The notes: a model not told the origin generated them from the letters alone. Positions 1-8,611 are shown, counted from the stretch's first letter. The stretch: DNA of 64,000 nt from Polyangiaceae bacterium (GCA_044376115.1 JBILLK010000005.1:1-64000); one strand, 5' to 3'. A program made the numbers and translations.

Positions 1-126
1 ATTGGCAAAGGCCAAGCACAGATGGAATCGGCCCGTCGCCTGGACGAAAGCGCTCGCGCATCTAGCCATCATGTTTCCCGACCGACTGCCCATCTAGGCA
101 AGTAACACGGAAATTCTGACACCCTC
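1..126 (+). mobile_element. Right end of an IS256-family insertion sequence (truncated by the window edge)
   Basis: Transposase C-terminus followed by AACACGGAAATTCTGACACCCTC (104-126), which resembles IS256 right terminal inverted repeats; maturase sequence resumes abruptly right after it. Confidence 0.85.
2..97 (+). CDS. IS256-family (Mutator-type) transposase, C-terminal fragment
   Basis: Manual translation gives LAKAKHRWNRPVAWTKALAHLAIMFPDRLPI*, matching the typical IS256 C-terminal W..P...W..AL..LAI.F.DR pattern; TAG at 95-97. Confidence 0.85.
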   Translation: MAKAKHRWNRPVAWTKALAHLAIMFPDRLPI

Positions 127-127
127 G

Positions 128-577
128 GAACGCACAAGAAAACGCCTTCGCCAGCGTATCCAGGAACTGACCCCACGCAACTGGGGCCGGTCACTTCGAA
201 CATGCATTGAAGAGATCAATCTTTATCTCCGCGGATGGGCTGAGTACTTTGGCGTGGCCTACTGGGCAGGGGGAGTTGCGCGCTATGCAGATGGGCATCT
301 GCGCAGACGCTTGCGTGCAATTCTCCTAACGCACTGGAAGAAGCCGGCGACGATACGCCGCCAGCTGATCCAGCTGGGCGCGCCAAAGAACTACGTCGAA
401 GCCTCCGTAGGCTCGGCGAACCAGCCGTGGAGAAGGACGATGACTCTGTCCGTCAACTATGGTCTTCGCAATGAGCACTTCGCTCGCTGGGGACTCCTGT
501 CGCTCGACGAACTCTGCGCGAAGCGATTGTTGGCTGGCTTGCCTGTGCCGGATTTAACTCCGGAAGCGATAGGGTGA
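128..577 (+). pseudogene. ltrA: Group II intron reverse transcriptase/maturase, C-terminal domain X portion, interrupted by IS256
   Basis: Frame reads ERTRKRLRQRIQELTPRNWGRSLRTCIEEINLYLRGWAEYF...LRRRLRAILLTHWKK...FARWGLLSL, the maturase-specific signature; no C-terminal endonuclease domain (class C-like). Confidence 0.9.
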
Positions 578-616
578 ATCAGCGATGTCCGTCGAGCTCG
601 CTAGCCTAAACCTCTG

Positions 617-833
617 CCACGGTCGACCTGAGAACCCGCACAACAATCGAAAGAGTTGTGGACGGTCATCCTCGAACCTAACGCAGACGCTCAAGCTAAC
701 GTCTTGGGGAATAGCATCGGTGAGTGCCTCGAAGCCTTATGTGGCAATGGAACTCAGCAACGGATGCCCCACGGTCAACCTAGGATCCCACCTGACAATC
801 GAAAGAGTCAGCGCGGTCACTATCGACCTAACG
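617..833 (+). repeat. Two diverged ~65-nt direct repeats (617-683, 769-833), each with a GAAA-tetraloop hairpin
   Basis: Both read CCACGGTCRACCT..., then CAATCGAAAGAGT, CGGTCA and ACCTAACG. Stems are CACAAC/GTTGTG in one copy and CTGAC/GTCAG in the other. Confidence 0.8.
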
Positions 834-878
834 AGCCTCTCCAATGCGAGTGCCATGCAACTGACCCCTTCGACCGAA

Positions 879-950
879 GAGCCGGATGTGTGGCCCACAA
901 GTCCGGTTCTGTGAGAGGGGCCCCCGGGCAACCGGGGGTCTCTACTCGGC
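879..950 (+). ncRNA. Group II intron ribozyme domains V and VI (3' end of the intron)
   Basis: Domain V is GAGCCGGATGTG-TGGCC-CAC-AA-GTCCGGTTC (879-909) with an AGC triad and 2-nt bulge. Domain VI spans 913-947 with a GCAA loop and a bulged branch A at 944. Confidence 0.93.
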
Positions 951-1088
951 GAGTGGTAGCGCAGCGCAGCCCCGCTGCGCGAGCACACCGAGGGGGCTCA
1001 ACATGACACACGCACCACGCTGCACATTGCTCCAAGCCCCGCAAATACGGCGAATTGTGGGTGGCGTAGAAAGTGCTTCTCCGCGCGT

Positions 1089-1823
1089 ATGAAACTCTGG
1101 TCTGTGGCGGTGGCTACGTTCCTTCTTCTTGGCTGTGGCAGTGAGGTCGACACCACGGGTGGTTCCGGCGGAACCGGTGGCGCGACGGGCGGCGGCGGAG
1201 AGGCTGGTCAAGGTGGGGAGGGTGGCCAGGGCGGGACGCTCGACGCCTGCACCGGGTTTGATGACGCCCCGTCCACGGCTCCAGTGACCCTGCGCTTTAC
1301 CAATCAAACGCCAGTAGACATCTATCTCGACGCGATCTGTGGCCTATTGAACTATAACGTCGAGCCGCTGAGCGGGCCGGACGGTTTGTACTACGGTGAT
1401 GTGAGCGGCCCTTGTCTGCAGAGCTGTCAAGATCTGCAATCGGAATCGCAGATTGCATGCGCTGCCTGCGCGCCTTCCAGCTTGCTATTGCCGGCCGGGC
1501 AATCGCTGGACGTGGTGTGGGCCGGCCTTGCCCTGCAGCCCACGGAGATGCCGGGGGAATGCTACTTCGATGCCGTGGGTGGCGCGCTAACGTGCAATCA
1601 GATCGTGCAGGCCGCCAATGGTGATTACTCGCTCAAGGTGGCCGGGTTCGATAGCTGTGACACCGGGGTCGACGGGCTCTGCGAGTGTGACGCGGCTGGG
1701 GTCTGCTCCGGCGGGGGGAGTGGGCTCGAGGCGGTGGCAAAGCCGGTGGAGTTTGCCTTGCCTGCCGCCGGGCCGGTTGAATATGTATTTGAGGCGTGCG
1801 CCTTCGGCTGCCCTAAGCCCTAA
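1089..1823 (+). CDS. Cys-rich lipoprotein, hypothetical
   Basis: Lipobox LLGC, Gly-rich linker, many paired Cys; a typical myxobacterial secreted protein. Confidence 0.8.
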   Translation: MKLWSVAVATFLLLGCGSEVDTTGGSGGTGGATGGGGEAGQGGEGGQGGTLDACTGFDDAPSTAPVTLRFTNQTPVDIYLDAICGLLNYNVEPLSGPDGLYYGDVSGPCLQSCQDLQSESQIACAACAPSSLLLPAGQSLDVVWAGLALQPTEMPGECYFDAVGGALTCNQIVQAANGDYSLKVAGFDSCDTGVDGLCECDAAGVCSGGGSGLEAVAKPVEFALPAAGPVEYVFEACAFGCPKP

Positions 1824-1831
1824 TGGGGCGC

Positions 1832-3973
1832 TCAGGGCTTGGCGCTGGTGGCCTGGGACCAGCGGCCAAGCCCGAGCAACGGCAAGATTGTGCGGTAGTG
1901 CTCCCAACGAAAGTGGATGGAGCCGCATTCCGCAAATGCGAACTCACCATTATGCCAGCTGCCGTCGGCTTGCTGCTCCGCTAGTAGGTAGTCGGTGGCG
2001 CGTTGGGCGGCGCGCTGTACGTTCAATCCGCCGACGTACTTGGCCGCGAGCTCCGCCAGGGCTCGCAGGGCGAGGCCGGTCAGCGCTGCGTTGCTCTCGG
2101 TGCGGGCGTTGCGCGGCGTGGTCGTAGCCAGCTGCTCGCCGAAGCCGCCGTCGGCGTTTTGCTGCGAAAGCAGCCAGCCGATCGCGCGGCGGACGGTGAG
2201 GCTCTTGAGCTTGGCGCCCACCTTGGCCAGCCCGAGCAGCGCGAAGCTCGTTCCGGCGATGGTAGAGCCGTGGCGCGCACTGCCCCAGGCGCCGGCCGGC
2301 GATAGGTCCCGCTCGAGGAAGCGCACGGTGCTGGCGACCATCGGATCGGCGGTGGTTAGGCCGCAGTCCGCGAGACCCCACAGGACGCGACCGGCTACAT
2401 CGGCAGCGGCCGGGTCTCCAAGCTCGGCGGGCGGTTGGCTGACGAGCGCGACCAAGCTGGTGAGACTGTCGACGCGCAGGCTGGGGAGCGTGGGCAGCGA
2501 GCCCGGTTGGCGGTCGGGGAGGCCGTGCGCGGTGAGGCCGAAGCCGCCGCTGAGGTTCTGCATTCCGCGCAGCCACTGCACTCCGCGTTCGAGCGCAGAC
2601 TGCGAGCTAGCCGAGCTAGCGAGCGCACCCAGCGCGAGGCCGGTGGAGTCGCAATCGGGCAGCGTTTGGTTGCCGGCCGAGAGCGCCCAACCGCCCACCC
2701 TTGGCGCGCCCGCTTTGGGCTGGTTGACTCGCGCTTGCGGTCGCGTGCAGGGGCGCTCTGTGAGGTAGCGGACGGCGGCGCGCACGGTGCGATCGGAGCG
2801 GGAAACGCCGCAGCTTTGCAAAGCCTGAAGGGCCAGGCTGGTTTCGGCGATGTCTCCGTCGAAAAGCGGAATCTCGAGGCCGGCGCTGGTGCACAGCTTG
2901 CGCGAATCGAGCCAAGCGAGCGCGCGCTGCACACAGCGATCGTCCTTGGTCAGGCCGACTCCTTCGAGCGCGAGCAGCGCCTGCAGGGTGCAAGGGACCG
3001 AGCCGTTCCACGAGCCGTTCTCGTTTTGAAACTGGCCGATGAAGGCGGAAAGCCGCGCGCGCGCCAAGAGCCGCGTAGGGCCGCGCAGGATGCTCGGTGA
3101 CAGGCCCTTGTGGGTAAAGCGCTCGCGCACCGCAGCGAGCGCAAAGATCGCGACGACGGTGCTGAGATTGAAGCGCCCATCGAGCAGGCGCTCACTCCAA
3201 GGCAAAGCCGCCATGTCCGGTGAAAGCGGCGGTAGACAATCCGCCGGGAGCAGGCCCGCCATCACGCAGTAGATCGCGGTGGGCTCTCCGTCGCGTTGCA
3301 ATCGCTCGGCGACGAGCTCATAGCCGCCCAGCGCTGCTACGGCTGCTTCGGCTTCGCGCACCCACTCCGACGCATCGGAGAGGCCGCACACGCGCAGCGC
3401 TGCCCGACAAATGGCGGTGGCAGCGAGCGAAGAGGTGCCGTCATGAGGCCCCAACGCAAAGCCGCCATCGGAGCGTTGGGCGGCTCGCAGGGCCTGCGCG
3501 TAGCTGCGACCATCGGCTGGGCTGAGGGCGCCGAACCAGGCCTCGGTGAGCGCCGCGAGGGCCAGGCTGATGGGGCCCGATTCGCAACGGCTCTGCCAGC
3601 TGCCATCGGCGCGCTGGGCGTCTTTCAGCAGCCGGACGCCTTTGCTCATGGCGCGCGAGAGACTGGGCGGCGCAGCTTTGCGAGCGCGTGTCGAAGGCGC
3701 GGGCTCCGACTCGAGTAGCTGCCGGGCCCAGCCGGAATGACTCGTGCCAAGTTCAAGTGACCAAGGGGCCTTCGGCCGTTTCTGTCGAAGAAGGCCCGAG
3801 TCATTCTTGTTGCTGCATCCGCCTTCGGCGGAATGACTCGTGCCAAGTTCAAGTGACCAAGGGGCCTTCGGCCGTTTCTGTCGAAGAAGGCCCGAGTCAT
3901 TCTTGTTGCTGCATCCGCCTTCGGCGGAATGACTCGTACGTCCGCCTTCGGCGGAGTGGGCTCGGTCGCTCAT
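1832..3973 (-). CDS. Squalene-hopene cyclase-like / prenyltransferase-squalene oxidase repeat protein (divergent)
   Basis: Six QW-type motifs (QRADGSW, QRSDGGF, QNENGSW, QNLSGGF, QNADGGF, QQADGSW), GGW and PDCDST at the DxDD position. Start uncertain. Confidence 0.85.
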   Translation of the reverse strand: MSDRAHSAEGGRTSHSAEGGCSNKNDSGLLRQKRPKAPWSLELGTSHSAEGGCSNKNDSGLLRQKRPKAPWSLELGTSHSGWARQLLESEPAPSTRARKAAPPSLSRAMSKGVRLLKDAQRADGSWQSRCESGPISLALAALTEAWFGALSPADGRSYAQALRAAQRSDGGFALGPHDGTSSLAATAICRAALRVCGLSDASEWVREAEAAVAALGGYELVAERLQRDGEPTAIYCVMAGLLPADCLPPLSPDMAALPWSERLLDGRFNLSTVVAIFALAAVRERFTHKGLSPSILRGPTRLLARARLSAFIGQFQNENGSWNGSVPCTLQALLALEGVGLTKDDRCVQRALAWLDSRKLCTSAGLEIPLFDGDIAETSLALQALQSCGVSRSDRTVRAAVRYLTERPCTRPQARVNQPKAGAPRVGGWALSAGNQTLPDCDSTGLALGALASSASSQSALERGVQWLRGMQNLSGGFGLTAHGLPDRQPGSLPTLPSLRVDSLTSLVALVSQPPAELGDPAAADVAGRVLWGLADCGLTTADPMVASTVRFLERDLSPAGAWGSARHGSTIAGTSFALLGLAKVGAKLKSLTVRRAIGWLLSQQNADGGFGEQLATTTPRNARTESNAALTGLALRALAELAAKYVGGLNVQRAAQRATDYLLAEQQADGSWHNGEFAFAECGSIHFRWEHYRTILPLLGLGRWSQATSAKP
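3733..3955. repeat. 96-bp palindromic tandem repeat (2 full copies plus partial), in frame within the cyclase 5' end
   Basis: Units start at 3733, 3829 and 3925. Internal inverted repeats GAATGACTCG/CGAGTCATTC and GGGCCTTC/GAAGGCCC; hairpin TCCGCC-TTC-GGCGGA. Confidence 0.95.
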
Positions 3974-4155
3974 CGGGCGACCTGCTTGGGTATTCGGTTG
4001 GTGGAGGGCACGGCGGCCCTTGAGCAACCGCGAGGCCAGCGCTCGAAGGCGGTTTTGTGCGGGAAAAGGCGCCTAAACTCGCGTTGGCGTCGTGGCCCTC
4101 GGCTGGCCGGCCAGTGGCCGGCCAAGCTCGATCGGTGGTGGCGCAGTCAGCGGGC

Positions 4156-4184
4156 TTGCTCGACCCCTCACGCTTTGCTACATG
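4156..4184 (+). promoter_or_regulatory. Possible sigma70-type promoter for ffs
   Basis: TTGCTC-N17-TACATG with an extended TG, about 20 nt upstream of the SRP RNA; the -10 element is imperfect. Confidence 0.35.
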
Positions 4185-4203
4185 TGCTGGGTCACGCCTT
4201 TGT

Positions 4204-4282
4204 GGGTGTGCCGACAGCGCAGCGTGAACCCCGCCAGAACCGGAAGGTAGCAACGGTAGCGAAAAGCGAGTGTGGCACGCCC
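4204..4282 (+). ncRNA. ffs: Small bacterial SRP RNA (4.5S)
   Basis: Conserved domain IV motif GCCAGAACCGGAAGGTAGCAACGG. Closing helix GGGTGTGCC (4204-4212) pairs with GGCACGCCC (4274-4282). Confidence 0.93.
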
Positions 4283-4300
4283 TTTCTTTTTTTGTTTGTT
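4283..4300 (+). terminator. U-rich termination tract after ffs
   Basis: T-rich run immediately follows the closing stem of the SRP RNA. Confidence 0.6.
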
Positions 4301-4345
4301 CGTCGCCGTGACGTTCCTTCACGCTGGGACGAGGCCAGAGGACGC

Positions 4346-5134
4346 GTGTCAAACGAGGAAGACGACCAAAGCACGCGAATTTGGGTACGGCGCATTCGGA
4401 TGGCCGTGTTCTTCGGCACGGCGCTGATCGCGGCGGCCATCGCCAAAGTGGTGCTGACCTACGCGCCGCTGAGCGGAGGCATCACGCTCGGGGTGCTGCT
4501 GCTCGTGGGCATCGTCTTGCGGCTGCGCTCGAAGTTGAAGATCGCCCGCATGCTGCGTCGCGGGGACGTCAATGAGGTGATCGCCGCCTGGTCGGAGCGC
4601 GCCGGTACGTTGCCGCACGGAGAGACGCTCGAGCCGTTGGTTACGGCCACGGCCTTTGCCGCTTACGGTCGCGTGGAGGAAGCACGCCGCGCGTTGCGCA
4701 GCGCGGTGCGCGGGCCGGCGTGGGATGCAGCGCTCGAACATCGGTTGTTTTTGGACGTGATGCTCTCCACCTTCGAAGGCGATGAAGAAGGTGCTTTTGC
4801 TTCCTCGCAGCAGCTCGCGGCCTTGCCCATTCCGGAGACCTCACGGTTGCGCAGCCGCGTGACTGCGCTGCGTGAAGCGGCGGCGGCGTTGGCTCGCGCC
4901 TTCGTGCATCGCAGTCGGGCGGGGGACCTTGAGTTGCTCGAGCGCGCGGCCGAATCGAGCCCGCTGGTGTATTGGGCCATGCGTTACGGCGCGGCGATCG
5001 TCGCGATCGATCAGCGTCAGTTGGACAAGGCGCGCGCGCTGATCGAACGTGCGCCGAGTTGGCCGGAAGAATCGACCTTCCGCTCCTTCCACCAAGAGAT
5101 CGAAGCGCAGCTCGGCGAAGCTCAGCGCCGCTGA
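4346..5134 (+). CDS. Hypothetical membrane protein with helical/TPR-like C-terminus
   Basis: GTG start after a GAGG RBS; two N-terminal TM segments. The upstream ORF extension overlaps ffs and was rejected. Confidence 0.75.
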   Translation: MSNEEDDQSTRIWVRRIRMAVFFGTALIAAAIAKVVLTYAPLSGGITLGVLLLVGIVLRLRSKLKIARMLRRGDVNEVIAAWSERAGTLPHGETLEPLVTATAFAAYGRVEEARRALRSAVRGPAWDAALEHRLFLDVMLSTFEGDEEGAFASSQQLAALPIPETSRLRSRVTALREAAAALARAFVHRSRAGDLELLERAAESSPLVYWAMRYGAAIVAIDQRQLDKARALIERAPSWPEESTFRSFHQEIEAQLGEAQRR

Positions 5135-5141
5135 TTGCGGC

Positions 5142-5945
5142 TCAGCGCTCTTCGACGTCGGGCGGCGGGGCGGAGCGAGCGGCCAGCTCCTCTTCGTCGA
5201 ACAGCGGCTCCATCGCGTCGTAGGTGAACTCCTCGAGCCGGGCGAGCCGCTCGTCGGTCAAGCTCTCGAGCGTGAGCGTGAGGCCGCCCAAACCGCCGTC
5301 GCTCACGCGCCGCGCGACGCGACCCTCCAATTCGAAGATGTCCGCCGTGTGCGGATGCACGATCCACAGGCCGATCAGCTCGCCGCGCTCAGCCTGGACG
5401 TTGGTCATCACGAACAAGCGACGCTCGCGCAAATCCCGGCGCAACATCGTCACGAGATCGGCGAGCGAGCGCAGATGCAACGCGAGCACATGAGCGTACT
5501 CGGCGTTGCGCCGCACCATCGGCTTGACGAACTCACCGGTGACCAGGATCGTCGCGCGCTCGGCCGACTCCGGGTAGTGCTCACGCACGTAGCTAACGAA
5601 GCTGTCCCAACGTTTGCGCACCTCCGAGCCGATGCCGTAAAACTCGAGGCCAGCGCCGGCTTGTTGAATGCCGCTGACCGAAGGCACGTTGTGCACGACC
5701 CGCGCTGTGGCGCGAAAGTGCTGCGAGCGCGGCGGCAGGACGATCTCCACGTTGACCAGCGTCTGCAGGGGCAGCGGCGATTCGGTGCGGAAGAAGACGC
5801 CACCGTGGCTAACGTCTTCAGTCATGAGCTCCAGCCGCTGCTTCCCGAGCTCCACGAGCAGCGGCACCGCGATCATGTAGCGCACGTCTTTGCGCCGCAT
5901 CGGTGGCGGCGTCAGCTTACGAATGGGACCGATTCGCTGGCTCAA
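5142..5945 (-). CDS. PilZ domain-containing protein (tandem PilZ-like)
   Basis: RxxxR motif (RRKDVR) and DxSxGG motif (DVSHGG); degenerate second domain. Confidence 0.85.
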   Translation of the reverse strand: MSQRIGPIRKLTPPPMRRKDVRYMIAVPLLVELGKQRLELMTEDVSHGGVFFRTESPLPLQTLVNVEIVLPPRSQHFRATARVVHNVPSVSGIQQAGAGLEFYGIGSEVRKRWDSFVSYVREHYPESAERATILVTGEFVKPMVRRNAEYAHVLALHLRSLADLVTMLRRDLRERRLFVMTNVQAERGELIGLWIVHPHTADIFELEGRVARRVSDGGLGGLTLTLESLTDERLARLEEFTYDAMEPLFDEEELAARSAPPPDVEER

Positions 5946-8611
5946 CGACTCCAGCTTAGTTCAACCTGACGAACGCGTCCTCGATCGCCGAGATCTTCGG
6001 CGAAGAAAAGCAGCGTTCCGGCTGGATCGGCGAAGGAGAAGCTCGGCTCGGCGAAGGGCCCGGAAGAGAGCGTGCCCAAGCGTACGATCGGCTCGATGGT
6101 GCCGTCATTGAGCACGCGAAAGCCGCCCATGTCGAGCCGACCATCGCTCGAGGCCCACGACAAGACGATGCGACAGCCGTCATCTTTGGTGCAGGCCAGC
6201 GCAAGACCGTTGATCGAGCCGCCGTCCGGCGCTTCGACGACCTTGGCAGCGTTGACCAAGGTACCGCTTGGCTCGACCTCGGCGATGCGCAGCGAACCGC
6301 GACCGTCTTTCGCGTTCTCTTCGATCCACGCGAGCATCAAGCGGTCCCCGGCCAGGCTCAACTTGGGCGAACGCGAGGCTCCGCTCGAGGCGTAGACGCG
6401 CGCTGGATCATCCTTCTTTTGAAGGGTCACAGCGTCGAGCCGCGCAAAGTAGATGTCGCTCGGTGCGCCATCGCGGACGTCGGAGAAGGCGATGAAGGCA
6501 TCACTGCCACGGCTGGTGAGCGACACATCCGCAGCGTCGCCGGGAGCGTTGGTGAGCCGTTTGTCGACTACCGTCTTTTCGAGATCTTTGCCCAAGCGCG
6601 CGGCGTAGATTTCGCCGTTGCCATCGCGTGAATCCACCCACGCAACCACGTAGCCTTCAGCGCCGTTCGACTCGCCTTTCGCCGCGGGAGCGGCTGCGCC
6701 GGTCACCGCGACATGCGAAGCGACGCTGGGCGTTTTGCCTTTGCCGGTGCGCGAGACCAGCGTGACCTTCTTTTGATTGAGCTTCTTGCCCGCCGCGTCG
6801 ATGCGCGTCGCGTACACCTGCGGGCCGCTCTTCTCCTCGGCCACCCACACCGCGATCGCCTCCTCTTTTTTCTGCGTGGAGGGCGTAAGAGAAATACCGC
6901 CGATGGAGGAAGCGCGACGTGAAAGCACGCTGACGTTCTCCGAGCCGCCCGAGGCCAGCGTGTTGGTCCGCACCCCAAGGCTTGCTGCATACGGTGCTTC
7001 GCCTCGCGGTGGTTCTTCCGAAGGCATGCCGGGCTGGAAGTAGCTGACCCAACCAACGGCCGGCTTGTTCGACTCGGGGAGGCGAATGGCGTGAGCCGAT
7101 GCGATGCGATCCCCGCGCGTGACCGTGCGCAGTGACAGCACTTTGGGCGGCCTCTCATCGTCGCTGCGCCAGGCCGGTGCCAGCCATACGCTCTCGCGAT
7201 CCACCGATTGCGCGAGATAGAAGGTGGTCGGGTCCACGCCGTCTGCGGCCAGCGCTGCGCACGAACCGGCCACGCAGGAGAGCGACCAAGCGTAGTCGGG
7301 AACGCCGTCACCGGAGCGTGTTCCGCCGAAGCGAATCGGCTCCGACCACTTCACCTCGAGATCCGCGCCGAGCCGAACCATCGTCGGCCAAACGCGATCG
7401 GTGAGCAGCTCTTTGGTGTCAGCGTCGGCTGCGTCAGAGACGGTGGGCGCGGCCAAGGTGAGCGCGGCAAAGCCTGTTTGATCGGCCACGATGTCCGGCC
7501 GTTCTGCGTCGGAGAGCAGCATTCGCGTGCGTTTGGAGGTGACCTCGCCGGAGCCGGTGATCGCAGCGAGGTTGATCACCCGCGCGCCGGCGGCGGCCTG
7601 CCCGACGTTCTCCCAAGCGACGATCGCGCGTTCGCCCTGGCCGGTGGGATCCGCGGTGAGCGAGACCAGCGATTGTTCGCCGATCGGTGGGGCGATCCAA
7701 CTCGGACCTTTGACGCTGCCGTCGGCTGCGACGCTGAGCACGCGGACCGCGCCTTCTTCCGATTCTTCGTCGGTCCAAGCGACGACCATGCCGGATTTGA
7801 GCGCGGCGATCTCGACGTCGATCTGCGCGGTGGGGCTGGTGGTGAGCGCGACTTTGGGACCGAGCGTTCCATTCCACGCGAGGGTGCGAGTGTGGATCGT
7901 CCCGAGCGCCGGCTTGCCGCCTTCGAGCGGTTTGTCGTTCTCGACGGTAGCGAACACGAGGCCGGCCTCACTCTGTGCGGCGTGCCAAGCGAGCGCGTTC
8001 TCGACGGTTTTGACCGGCGCGCCGCTGGGTGCGGTGGCGCCTTCGCCCAGCCGATGCGCGAAGATGGTGACGCGATCTTCGCGCGCGACCTCGTACACCA
8101 CGTACACGTTGTTGCCGGCGACGACGGTGTCAGAGAAGCCGACGTTGGCCTCGGCGACCGGCGGCAAACTGATGATGCCGCCCACGGCTTTGGCCGCGGC
8201 GTCGAAGCGTTGCAGTTTGAAGGCGTGGTTCTGATCCTGTCGCTCGTCCCAAAAGAGGAGGAAGCCGTCTTGGTAAGGCCGCAAGGAGAAGCCGGCGCCC
8301 AAGGTGGGGACCTCGGTCAAGAGGCGTGGTTCTTTCTCTTCACCGGAGACGCTGCGCACGAGCAGTTGGCCTGCGTTGACGAAGGCGAACATAGCCGAGT
8401 TCGCCGAGCGCGCCGCGACGAACGGTGTGTCGGGGGTTGCGAGCGAGACGAGCTTGTCGGCAGTGAGGCCGGGCGGACCGGCGAGCGGGGCAACGGGCTC
8501 GGCGGCTGGGTTGAGCGTCTTGCCGACAGGCGCCATCACCTGGGACGGTGAAGGCGCGCAGGCGCTGCTAAGTCCGATCAAGAGCCCAAGAAGCGTGGTT
8601 CGCCTTCGCAT
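5942..8611 (-). CDS. Large beta-rich lipoprotein, hypothetical
   Basis: Lipobox-like LSSAC; repeated V(V/A)W.D.R.G..EIY propeller-blade motifs; 4-bp overlap with the PilZ gene. Confidence 0.75.
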   Translation of the reverse strand: MRRRTTLLGLLIGLSSACAPSPSQVMAPVGKTLNPAAEPVAPLAGPPGLTADKLVSLATPDTPFVAARSANSAMFAFVNAGQLLVRSVSGEEKEPRLLTEVPTLGAGFSLRPYQDGFLLFWDERQDQNHAFKLQRFDAAAKAVGGIISLPPVAEANVGFSDTVVAGNNVYVVYEVAREDRVTIFAHRLGEGATAPSGAPVKTVENALAWHAAQSEAGLVFATVENDKPLEGGKPALGTIHTRTLAWNGTLGPKVALTTSPTAQIDVEIAALKSGMVVAWTDEESEEGAVRVLSVAADGSVKGPSWIAPPIGEQSLVSLTADPTGQGERAIVAWENVGQAAAGARVINLAAITGSGEVTSKRTRMLLSDAERPDIVADQTGFAALTLAAPTVSDAADADTKELLTDRVWPTMVRLGADLEVKWSEPIRFGGTRSGDGVPDYAWSLSCVAGSCAALAADGVDPTTFYLAQSVDRESVWLAPAWRSDDERPPKVLSLRTVTRGDRIASAHAIRLPESNKPAVGWVSYFQPGMPSEEPPRGEAPYAASLGVRTNTLASGGSENVSVLSRRASSIGGISLTPSTQKKEEAIAVWVAEEKSGPQVYATRIDAAGKKLNQKKVTLVSRTGKGKTPSVASHVAVTGAAAPAAKGESNGAEGYVVAWVDSRDGNGEIYAARLGKDLEKTVVDKRLTNAPGDAADVSLTSRGSDAFIAFSDVRDGAPSDIYFARLDAVTLQKKDDPARVYASSGASRSPKLSLAGDRLMLAWIEENAKDGRGSLRIAEVEPSGTLVNAAKVVEAPDGGSINGLALACTKDDGCRIVLSWASSDGRLDMGGFRVLNDGTIEPIVRLGTLSSGPFAEPSFSFADPAGTLLFFAEDLGDRGRVRQVELSWSR

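Noticed and set aside
676..845. attC-like RYYYAAC starts (ACCTAAC..GCTCAAG)
   Set aside because: No complementary L'/R' (GTTRRRY) halves at a suitable distance, and no cassette ORFs or integrase.
585..1006. ORFs 585-914 and 656-1006
   Set aside because: They overlap intron domains IV-VI, have no recognisable protein features, and the region is better explained as structured RNA.
3733..3955. Possible CRISPR array
   Set aside because: The units are identical over their whole length with no unique spacers, and there are no cas genes in the window.
4273..4288. TGGCACG sigma54-like site
   Set aside because: It lacks the -12 GC and forms the 3' strand of the SRP RNA closing helix.
3929..4345. 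N-terminal extension of ORF 3929-5134
   Set aside because: It overlaps ffs and the cyclase start; a better RBS plus GTG lies at 4346.
7208..8551. 447-aa + strand ORF
   Set aside because: Antisense shadow of the 889-aa lipoprotein, as expected from high-GC codon bias.
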